Shown in pieces: positions 17,751 through 25,729 of a stretch of 64,000 nucleotides of DNA. The first letter of the stretch is position 1; every line of letters begins with the position of its first letter. Made by a program: the position numbers and the translations under genes. The stretch comes from Pseudomonadales bacterium. Lineage in GTDB: Bacteria > Pseudomonadota > Gammaproteobacteria > Pseudomonadales > Azotimanducaceae. The stretch lies in assembly GCA_036526135.1 (NCBI GenBank), contig DATCZA010000011.1:17570-81569 (forward strand), given 5' to 3'. Under the pieces are notes generated by a model. It ran no database searches. It had not been told where the DNA came from and worked only from the letters and a program-made list of their open reading frames with translations.

Positions 17751-19631
17751 ATGACCAGACCCCTCGCCTGGACCATCGGGTTGCAGCTGGCCTTGATGCT
17801 GCTTTGCAGCCCGGCGCGCGCCGATGACGTCCGCGACCTGTATTTTGGCGAGGCGTTGTTCCAGGCCGGTCAAGGCAAGTACTTCGAAGCGCTGGAACGA
17901 CTCGACGCGGAACTCGGCCAGCACTACGGTCTCGACGAGCCGGAACTGGACACCCTGCACCACCACATCAGGGAAGCCGAGTTCTTCGTCGGCGACTTCG
18001 AGCTCAACTACCGCATGCATCATCGCGCGGGCCGCGCCATCAGCGCGGTCTTGAACGGCGACGTGGATCAGTCCGTGCGCAACGAAGCCGCCTACAGGCT
18101 GGCACGCATTCACTTTCAGAAAGCCCAGATGGCCGATGCCCTGGAAGCGCTTGCGCGCATCGAGGGATCCATGCCTGCGCGCGTTCGAGACGACGTGGAG
18201 TTTCTCCGCGCCAACGTCTACCTCGCCGTCGGCCGCTCGGCCGAAGCCGCCGAGGTGCTCCGGGAGCTGCAGGGAACGAAGGGGCTCACCGGCTTTTCCG
18301 AGTTCAACCTGGCGGTTGCTCTGCTTCAGGACGGCCGCACGGCCGAGGCCCTGCAGCAGCTCGACCGGGCAGGTCAGGTCGACGCCAGGGACGCCATGAC
18401 CCACTCCATTCGAGACAAGGCGAATCTGGTGCTCGGCGGCATGCTGCTGGAGTCGGGGCGGTTCGAGGAGGCCCGGGCGCCTCTGGAGCGCGTTCGCCTG
18501 GAAGGGCCCATGTCCAACGAGGCGCTCTTAGGGGCCGGCTGGGCCGAGCTATCCGGCGAGAACTTCGAGCGCGCTGTGGTGCCCTGGTCCATTCTGGCCG
18601 ATCGCGACCCGACGGACGCGGCCGTGCAGGAAGCGAAGCTGGCACTGCCATATGCCTACAGCCGCCTGAACGTTCACGGACGAGCGGCCGTTCTCTACGG
18701 GAAGGCGCTCGACACCTTCGGCCGGGAGCTCAACAAGCTCGACGCCTCCATGGGTAGCATCGAGAACGGGTCGTTCCTCGAGGCGCTCGTGCGCGAGGAG
18801 ATCCACCAGGACAAGGATTGGGTGGTTCGCATGCGCAGCCTGCCCGAGACCCCCGAGACCTTCTACCTGGTAGAGCTGCTCGCCTCCCACGATTTCCAGA
18901 CCGCTCTGCAGAACTACCTGGATCTGGAGGACCTGCGAAAGAAACTCGCCACCTGGCAGGCGAGCTTCGACGCCTTCGACAGCGTCATAGCCGCCCGGGC
19001 CGACTACTTCGAGCCCCTGCTCCCCGAGGTCGACCAGACGTTCCGCGAGCTCGACTCCCGCTTTCGCGTTCGCGTGGAGCAGTACGAGCTGCTGGTGAAA
19101 CGCATGCAGGACCTCCTGGTCATGCCCCGTCCCGAGTTTCTGGCCACCACCGAGGAGAAGGTCCTGAGCACGGGTCTGACCGCCATGGACGAGGCTCTTG
19201 GCGGGGTGGGCCGCGACGGGAACGACGAGCTACGTCAGCGCATCCGCCGTCTGGAAGGGATCATCACCTGGACGCTGCACACGCAGTACGACGATCGGCT
19301 GACCCGCTTCTACGAGAATCTCCAGGACATGCAGGGATCCGTCGCCCTGCTCAAAGAACACTACCAGGCGTTCGTCCGCACCCGCCAGGCCGCAACGCTC
19401 AGCTACCAGGGATACGACGCGCCCATCAAGCGCCTTCGCGGGCGGATTCATCAGGCTTCCGCAAAGGTGGACCAGCTCATGGCCCGTCAGGGCCGGATGC
19501 TCGAGCAGGTTGCCATGGCGGAGCTGGAGTCACGGCAGCGGCGCCTGGTGAACTACCAGCACCAGGCACGATACGCCCTGGCAGACAGCTATGACCGCGC
19601 CACCCAGGCGCAGTACGCGGAGGAGCCGTGA
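17751..19631 (+). CDS. Secreted TPR-repeat protein with long C-terminal coiled coil
   Basis: Signal peptide MTRPLAWTIGLQLALMLLCSPARA, TPR-like helical repeats in the N-terminal half, and an extended coiled-coil-like C-terminal half. There is a 2-nt gap from the previous gene. Confidence 0.8.
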   Translation: MTRPLAWTIGLQLALMLLCSPARADDVRDLYFGEALFQAGQGKYFEALERLDAELGQHYGLDEPELDTLHHHIREAEFFVGDFELNYRMHHRAGRAISAVLNGDVDQSVRNEAAYRLARIHFQKAQMADALEALARIEGSMPARVRDDVEFLRANVYLAVGRSAEAAEVLRELQGTKGLTGFSEFNLAVALLQDGRTAEALQQLDRAGQVDARDAMTHSIRDKANLVLGGMLLESGRFEEARAPLERVRLEGPMSNEALLGAGWAELSGENFERAVVPWSILADRDPTDAAVQEAKLALPYAYSRLNVHGRAAVLYGKALDTFGRELNKLDASMGSIENGSFLEALVREEIHQDKDWVVRMRSLPETPETFYLVELLASHDFQTALQNYLDLEDLRKKLATWQASFDAFDSVIAARADYFEPLLPEVDQTFRELDSRFRVRVEQYELLVKRMQDLLVMPRPEFLATTEEKVLSTGLTAMDEALGGVGRDGNDELRQRIRRLEGIITWTLHTQYDDRLTRFYENLQDMQGSVALLKEHYQAFVRTRQAATLSYQGYDAPIKRLRGRIHQASAKVDQLMARQGRMLEQVAMAELESRQRRLVNYQHQARYALADSYDRATQAQYAEEP

Positions 19632-22600
19632 TGCCCGTCGTTCTGGCCGCCATGCTGCTCCTTGCGCTGCTCGCCGGTTGCGCGAGCCGCCCCGATGGCG
19701 GAAAGACCATCGAGCAGCTGCGCGGCGTGAAGCCCGACATGACCGAGGTGGCCATCGACGACAGCCTCAACAAGGCGCTGGCCAGCTACCGGCACTTTCT
19801 CAACGAGACGCCCGTCAACAACAAGACGCCGGACGCGATGCGGCGCCTTGCGGATCTGCAGATCGAGAAAGAATACGGCGTCATCGGCGACGGCAGCGGC
19901 GTGACGCTCGCCGCACCCGCGCGTCTGGCGATGGAGGATGCGGTGGGCGCCAGCACCGAAGGTGATGCCGCCATCGCCGATCACTCCGAGCCGGAAGCGG
20001 AATTCGAGCGCCGCGCGACCGCGCCGTTGGCGCTGCCGTCCGCAAACTGGGCGCGTGCGGCCGAGGCTGGTCTGCCCGACGGGCTGTCTGCAGCAGCCAC
20101 CGCAGGCCCGCTGGAAGCAATCGCCACCTATCAGAAGATCCTCGACCGCTACCCGTACTACGAGCGCAACGATCAGGTTCTCTACCAGATGGCGCGGGCC
20201 TACGACGAGCTTGGCGAGCCGGACAAGGCCATGGAGGTCATGGACTGGTTCATCAACGACTACCGCTACTCTCACTACGCTGACGAGGTGTACTTCCGCC
20301 GCGCCGAGTACTTCTTCGTGAGGAAGCAGTATCTGGAGGCCGAAGAGGCCTACTCGGCCGTGGTCTCCATCGGTTCCGGCTCGCAGTTCTACGAGCTGGC
20401 TTTGTACAAGCTGGGCTGGACGTTCTACAAGCAGGACTTCTACGAGGAAGCCCTGCACCGGTTCATGGCGCTCCTGGACTACAAGCAGTCCATGGGCTAC
20501 GACTTCGACCGGGTGCTGGCCGAGCAGACATCGGATCCCGACGGGGCCGGCGATGAAGAGGCCGCCGAGGATGGCGATCTCGACGGGCAGACGGGCGCCG
20601 CGGTCGCGGCCGTCGACGTGCCGGCCGCCGACGCCACCGGGGAAGCCGAGCCCGACGAGGACGATGACCGCCGCGTGGCGGACACCTTCCGCGTGGTGAG
20701 CCTGTCCTTCTCCAACCTGGGCGGACCGCAAGTCATCAACGAGTATTACGCCACCTACGGCAACCGCAGCTACGAAGACCGGATCTACAGCAACCTCGGC
20801 GAGTTCTTCCTGAGCAAGCTGCGCTACAACGACGCGGCCAAGGTCTATCGTTCCTTCACTGAGCTGCATCCCTTCCACAGGATCGCGCCCCATTTCAGCA
20901 TGCGCGTGGTGGAGATTTACGCCAAGGGCGATTTCGGCCAGCTGGTAGTGGAAGCCAAGAAAGACTTCGCCCGTCGCTACGGCCTCAACGCCGAGTACTG
21001 GCAGCACGCGGAGATCGAGAAGTCGCCCGACGTCCTGAGCTACCTGAAGACGAACCTCAAGGACCTCGCCAGCCACTATCACGCCCTCTACCAGATGGAA
21101 GAGCTCGAAAAGGAGCGGCCCGGGAACTACGCCGAGGCGCTCACCTGGTACCGGGAGCTGCTGGCATCCTTCCCCACCGACGACGACTCCGCGGCCACCA
21201 ACTACCAGCTTGCCGATCTGCAGTTCGAAAACGGCGACTTTACCGAAGCCGCCGTGGAGTATGAGCGCACGGCATACGACTACCCGGCTCACGAGAAGGC
21301 TTCGGCCGCCGGCTACGCTGCCGTCTACGCCCACCGAGAGCACCTGAAGAGCATCGAGGCACCGCCGGGCAGCGAGCTGCGAGTCGCCGCCGTGGACAGC
21401 ACCATGCGCTTCGTCGACGCCTTCCCCGCCCATGACCAGGCGGCCACCGTGCTCGGCGCGGCGACGGAAGACCTCTACCAAATGAAGCGCTTCGAGCCGG
21501 CCATCACCGCGGGCAGGCGGCTCATCGAGTCCTACCCGTCGGCCGGCGAACCGCTGCATCTTTCCGCGTGGACGGTGGTTGCGCACGCTTCGTTCGACCT
21601 GGCCGTCTATCCCGACGCCGAGCAGGCCTACGCGGAGGTGCTGGCTTTGACGCCTGAAGCGGACGAGGGGCGCCAGGAGCTGTTCGAGAACCTGGCCGCC
21701 TCCATCTACAAGCAGGGCGAAGCAGCCAGCGCCATGGACGATCACCGGGCGGCGGCCGATCACTTCCTGCGCGTGCGCACCGCAGCGCCCACCTCGGCGT
21801 TCCGACCCGCCGCAGAGTACGACGCAGCAAGCGCCCTGATGAAGCTGGAGAGCTGGGCCGAGGCAAGCGCCGTGTTCAGGGACTTCCGCGCGGCGCACGA
21901 AGATCACGAGCTTCAGCCCGAGGTGACCAAGCAGCTGGCCTTCGTCTATCGGCAGGCCGGCGAGCTGACCCGATCCGCCGAAGAGTACGAGCGGGTCGCG
22001 GCGGATGCTCTAGCCGACGGCGACGAGACGCTGCGCCGGGAGTCCACCCTGCTGGCGGCAGAGCTCTACGAGGAGGCGGGCAGCCCGAAAGCACTCGCGG
22101 CATTCCAGCACTACGTCGAGACCTTCCCCGAGCCCATGGAGCTCGCGGTGGAGGTCCGCTTCAAGATCGCCGGCATGCACAAGGCCGACGGCGACGAAGC
22201 CGCCTACTCAGGCGAGCTGCGCCAGATCGTCGCCATCGACGCGGACGCCGGTGCTGCACGCACGCCACGCATTCGTTATCTCGCCGCGCAGTCGGCGCTG
22301 GTGCTGACCGAGGAGCGCTTCACCCACTTCACCGAGCTGCGGCTGAGCCAGCCGTTCGAGAAGAGCCTGGCGGAGAAGCGCAAGCGCATGGACGCGGCCA
22401 TGAGCGCCTACGAGGCGCTGGTCGACTACGAGGTGGCAGACGTGACCGCCGCGGCAACCTACTACATGGCAGAGATGTACGGCCACTTCGGCGAGTCGCT
22501 GCTGAGCTCCGAGCGGCCCAAGGACCTCAACGAGGAGGAGCTCGCGGAGTACGAGCTCATCCTGGAAGAAGAGGCGTTTCCGTTCGAAGAGAGCGCCATC

Positions 22601-22813
22601 GAGGTGCACGAGAAGAACATCGAGCTCATGGTTGCGGGGACTTTCAACACCTGGATCGAGCAGAGCCTCGGCCAGCTTTCGCAGCTGATGCCCGGGCGCT
22701 ACGCGAAGAGCGAAATCAGCACCGGCTTCGTGGGGCCCGTCGAAGCCTACGCCTACCGGACGCCCGTTCCGATACCAGCAGAGGAAACAGAAGATGTATC
22801 GGCCGCATTCTGA
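19631..22813 (+). CDS. Large TPR-repeat lipoprotein (GltD/AgmU-position analogue)
   Basis: MPVVLAAMLLLALLAGCAS lipobox, about 1060 aa of TPR-like repeats, and an acidic low-complexity insert (..DPDGAGDEEAAEDGDLDG..EAEPDEDDD..). ATG 19631 overlaps the upstream TGA (TGATG) and follows AGGAG. Confidence 0.85.
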   Translation: MPVVLAAMLLLALLAGCASRPDGGKTIEQLRGVKPDMTEVAIDDSLNKALASYRHFLNETPVNNKTPDAMRRLADLQIEKEYGVIGDGSGVTLAAPARLAMEDAVGASTEGDAAIADHSEPEAEFERRATAPLALPSANWARAAEAGLPDGLSAAATAGPLEAIATYQKILDRYPYYERNDQVLYQMARAYDELGEPDKAMEVMDWFINDYRYSHYADEVYFRRAEYFFVRKQYLEAEEAYSAVVSIGSGSQFYELALYKLGWTFYKQDFYEEALHRFMALLDYKQSMGYDFDRVLAEQTSDPDGAGDEEAAEDGDLDGQTGAAVAAVDVPAADATGEAEPDEDDDRRVADTFRVVSLSFSNLGGPQVINEYYATYGNRSYEDRIYSNLGEFFLSKLRYNDAAKVYRSFTELHPFHRIAPHFSMRVVEIYAKGDFGQLVVEAKKDFARRYGLNAEYWQHAEIEKSPDVLSYLKTNLKDLASHYHALYQMEELEKERPGNYAEALTWYRELLASFPTDDDSAATNYQLADLQFENGDFTEAAVEYERTAYDYPAHEKASAAGYAAVYAHREHLKSIEAPPGSELRVAAVDSTMRFVDAFPAHDQAATVLGAATEDLYQMKRFEPAITAGRRLIESYPSAGEPLHLSAWTVVAHASFDLAVYPDAEQAYAEVLALTPEADEGRQELFENLAASIYKQGEAASAMDDHRAAADHFLRVRTAAPTSAFRPAAEYDAASALMKLESWAEASAVFRDFRAAHEDHELQPEVTKQLAFVYRQAGELTRSAEEYERVAADALADGDETLRRESTLLAAELYEEAGSPKALAAFQHYVETFPEPMELAVEVRFKIAGMHKADGDEAAYSGELRQIVAIDADAGAARTPRIRYLAAQSALVLTEERFTHFTELRLSQPFEKSLAEKRKRMDAAMSAYEALVDYEVADVTAAATYYMAEMYGHFGESLLSSERPKDLNEEELAEYELILEEEAFPFEESAIEVHEKNIELMVAGTFNTWIEQSLGQLSQLMPGRYAKSEISTGFVGPVEAYAYRTPVPIPAEETEDVSAAF

Positions 22814-23498
22814 GCCGGGCCCCCGCATCGTTCTGGGCGGCCTGATCCTGCTGGCCGCGCTGCTGGTCGGCGGCTGCGCCAGCACGGGGCCCGCCACCAG
22901 GCCAGCCCTGTCGAAGGAGGCAGGCCCGACGCCCACCCGGGAACGTCCCGCCCGGCCGGCACGAGTGAAAGTGGAGCCCAACATCGGTTTCACCGTGACG
23001 GAGGTCGTCGCCCTGTCGAGCGACGTCCGGGAGATGTACCACGAGGCGCTGGCCCTGCTGGCGCGGAACGATCTGGAGGCCGGCATCGCGCTGCTTGTCA
23101 CCGTCACGGAAAGGTCTCCCGACGCAACCGCCCCCTTCATCGATCTCGGCATCGCCCATCGCAGGGCGGGCGAGCGCGACAAGGCGATCGCGAGCTTCAC
23201 CGAGGCCCTGGCCTCGACACCCGATCATCCTGTGGCCCATAACGAGCTGGGCATCACCTACCGTGAGCTCGGCCGCTTCGACGAGGCGCGACGCAGCTAC
23301 GAGCAGGCCCTGACCATCTATCCCGGCTTCCATTACGCGCGACGGAACCTCGCCGTGCTCTGCGACATCTACCTGGCCGACCTCGCCTGCGCTCTCGAGC
23401 ACTACGAGCGATACAGCCAGGACATTCCCGACGATCGGGAAGTCGAGATCTGGGTCGGCGACGTCCGCAACCGGATGCCCGTGACGGACGAGGAGTGA
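22794..23498 (+). CDS. TPR-repeat lipoprotein (GltE-position analogue)
   Basis: ..LILLAALLVGGCAS lipobox followed by three clear TPR units (..AIASFTEALASTPDHPVAHNELGITYRELGRFDEARRSYEQALTIYPGF..). It overlaps the previous gene by 20 nt. Confidence 0.85.
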   Translation: MYRPHSEPGPRIVLGGLILLAALLVGGCASTGPATRPALSKEAGPTPTRERPARPARVKVEPNIGFTVTEVVALSSDVREMYHEALALLARNDLEAGIALLVTVTERSPDATAPFIDLGIAHRRAGERDKAIASFTEALASTPDHPVAHNELGITYRELGRFDEARRSYEQALTIYPGFHYARRNLAVLCDIYLADLACALEHYERYSQDIPDDREVEIWVGDVRNRMPVTDEE

Positions 23499-23503
23499 CC
23501 AAG

Positions 23504-23836
23504 ATGAACCGTCTCCTGAAACTGCCCCTGTATTTCTGTCTGAGCGCGCTTCCCGCGGCGGCCTCTGTGGCCCAGGAAGGCGACAAAGCCATGTCGGGCA
23601 TGTCGATCCTCGGCAACAACGATGCTCCCAAGGCGCTGGTCATCGTGCCCTGGAAGAGCTCGGAGATAGGCGACGGCATCGACGTTGCCAACCTGCTCGA
23701 CGGCCGGGCAAGAGCAGTGGACAAAGTCGTGTTCGCAAGAGAGCTCGGCTACTACGAGCTTCGCGTCGACGCGCCCGAGAAATCGCTTTCCATTCGGGAA
23801 GGCGCCCAAATGGTGAACCCGGTCGCCAACCAGTGA
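23504..23836 (+). CDS. Small secreted protein, unknown function (GltF-position analogue)
   Basis: MNRLLKLPLYFCLSALPAAASVAQ signal peptide; 110 aa. GGAGGAG lies 9 nt upstream. GTG 23495 is an alternative start that overlaps the upstream stop. Confidence 0.65.
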   Translation: MNRLLKLPLYFCLSALPAAASVAQEGDKAMSGMSILGNNDAPKALVIVPWKSSEIGDGIDVANLLDGRARAVDKVVFARELGYYELRVDAPEKSLSIREGAQMVNPVANQ

Positions 23837-23973
23837 ACGGCCGGCGTCGAAACGTGAGGCTCATCAACTGGCAGAACAACCGAACGGCGAAGGGTGCGCC
23901 CCATCACGTTCACAATCATCTCAACACTTTAAGTTGCGTCTGATTCAAGGCGTTTTGCGGAGAGGTTTACGCA

Positions 23974-24636
23974 ATGGATTTCGTGTACTCAATCGTTGAA
24001 TTCTTTGCCACTGGCGGTGCTTTCATGTACCCGATCCTGCTGGTCTTTGCGGTAGGCGCGGCGATCGCCATCGAGCGGTTCGTGACGCTGACCCGGGTGA
24101 CCACCAAGAACCAGACGGCATGGAGCGACATTCAGCCGGTGCTGTCCCAGGGTGACTTCGAGAGGGCACGCAAGATGACGGGCCAGGACCAGAGCCCCAT
24201 CTCGCGTCTGCTGTCCATGGGTCTGGCTCTTCAGGGTGCGGTGCGACGCCGAGAGGACGTCGAGATCGCCATGGAAGAGGGCATGATGGAAATCATTCCT
24301 CAGCTGGAAAAGCGCACGCCCTACGTCGCCCTAGCCGCGAGCATCGCAACGCTGCTCGGACTGCTGGGCACGATCATGGGCCTGATCCAGGCATTCACGG
24401 CAGTGGCCAACGCCAACCCGGCGGAGAAAGCCGACCTGCTGTCTGCCAGCATCTCGGTCGCCATGAACACGACGGCGTTCGGGCTGATGGTCGCCATCCC
24501 CCTGATGGTGGTGCACGCCTTCCTGTCGACCAAGACGAACGAGATCGTCGACGGCATGGAAATGGCGTCGGTCAAAGTGCTCACCGCCATCTCGATGCGC
24601 GCGCGTCGCGGCGAGGTAACCGCGAAAGCAGCCTGA
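23974..24636 (+). CDS. MotA/TolQ/ExbB family proton channel protein
   Basis: 220 aa with three TM segments and the ..LGLLGTIMGLIQAF.. / ..AMNTTAFGLMVAIPLMVVHAFL.. family signature. GGAGAGG RBS. Confidence 0.9.
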   Translation: MDFVYSIVEFFATGGAFMYPILLVFAVGAAIAIERFVTLTRVTTKNQTAWSDIQPVLSQGDFERARKMTGQDQSPISRLLSMGLALQGAVRRREDVEIAMEEGMMEIIPQLEKRTPYVALAASIATLLGLLGTIMGLIQAFTAVANANPAEKADLLSASISVAMNTTAFGLMVAIPLMVVHAFLSTKTNEIVDGMEMASVKVLTAISMRARRGEVTAKAA

Positions 24637-24677
24637 AGCGACGCATTCCAACGGGGTAGACGGAGGCTAAGGGACAG

Positions 24678-25199
24678 ATGGCCAGAACCCATCACTATCG
24701 GCGGCGCGTGACGGAGCCTACGGAGCTCGACGTGACCACCTTTCTCAACCTGATGGTCGTGCTGGTGCCGTTTCTGCTCATCACGGCGGTGTTCTCGAGG
24801 ATCACCATCGTAGAGCTGGATCTGCCCACCTCGGCCAGCTCGCCGTCGCCGAACGATCCGACCTTCCGGGTGGAGGTCATCGTGCGTGACAGCGGGCTGG
24901 AGATCACCAACGGGCGGATGGTCATTGCGGCCATACCCAAGGTGGAAGAGGAGTATGACCTTCAGACCCTTGGCGGGCACATGCTCGCGCTGAAGCACGA
25001 TCACCCTGACATCGACGAGGCCTCCGTTCTGCTGGAACCGGAAATTCCCTACGACTATCTGATTCAGGTGATGGACGTGGTGCGCAGCGCCGAGATCCAG
25101 CCGGAAGCTAGCGAAGGTAATGACGGTGACGGCGAAGTCGAGCAGCAGCCGACCCAGCTCGCGCTGTTCACCCAGATCGCCATTGGAGACGCGCCATGA
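24678..25199 (+). CDS. ExbD/TolR family protein, variant with Asn in place of the conserved TM Asp
   Basis: N-terminal TM region LDVTTFLNLMVVLVPFLL aligns with ExbD INVTPFIDVMLVLLIIFM. Asn occupies the Asp25 position. The periplasmic domain is ExbD-like. Confidence 0.85.
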   Translation: MARTHHYRRRVTEPTELDVTTFLNLMVVLVPFLLITAVFSRITIVELDLPTSASSPSPNDPTFRVEVIVRDSGLEITNGRMVIAAIPKVEEEYDLQTLGGHMLALKHDHPDIDEASVLLEPEIPYDYLIQVMDVVRSAEIQPEASEGNDGDGEVEQQPTQLALFTQIAIGDAP

Positions 25200-25708
25200 A
25201 GAGCTCCCGACGCATCAAGCGTATGGACAAGACGCGAAAGCGCTCCAAGTTCGTAACGAAGATGAACCTGACGTCGCTCATGGACGTCTTCACCATCCTG
25301 GTTTTCTTCCTGCTGGTGAACTCGGGCGCAGCCGACCCGCTGGAGTCTCCGAAAGACGTCAAGCTGCCGGAGTCGCGCGCCGAGTCCAAGCCCAAGGAGA
25401 CCGTGGTCATCTACATAAGCCCGGAAACCGTGGTGGTGCAGGGACAGCCCGTGGCCATGGTTGCCGACATTCTTGCAGCATCCGGCGAGGACGTCGTTGC
25501 TATCAGGGACAGGCTGGCGGCCATCAAGGGCCAGATCATCGGTCCGAACACGCAGCAGGTAGCGGGCAGCCAGGAAGTGACGATCATGGCCGACAAGTCC
25601 ATTCCGTTCAGCGTGGTGAAACGAATCATGTCCACCTGCACCAGCGAGGGATACGGGAACATCTCTCTCGCCGTCGTGCAGAAGGACGCCCAGGTCGCGG
25701 CCATCTGA
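25196..25708 (+). CDS. ExbD/TolR family protein (canonical TM Asp present)
   Basis: MNLTSLMDVFTILVFFLLV retains the Asp. There is an ATGA overlap with the previous gene. Confidence 0.88.
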   Translation: MKSSRRIKRMDKTRKRSKFVTKMNLTSLMDVFTILVFFLLVNSGAADPLESPKDVKLPESRAESKPKETVVIYISPETVVVQGQPVAMVADILAASGEDVVAIRDRLAAIKGQIIGPNTQQVAGSQEVTIMADKSIPFSVVKRIMSTCTSEGYGNISLAVVQKDAQVAAI

Positions 25709-25729
25709 TCGGGATGAGCGAAGGTAGTC

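Noticed and set aside
19589-21907. 772-aa minus-strand ORF antisense to the large TPR lipoprotein gene. Similar cases are 1236..2732(+), 10079..12034(+), 29753..31309(-), 32954..34279(-), 33876..34949(-), 35781..37847(-), 40424..42781(+), 53112..54953(-) and 54991..57315(+).
   Set aside because: These are shadow ORFs of GC-rich DNA. Their composition is dominated by Arg/Gly/Ala/Pro/His/Val. They have no recognisable motifs, signal peptides or RBS. Each is fully overlapped by an opposite-strand or other-frame gene with strong family signatures.
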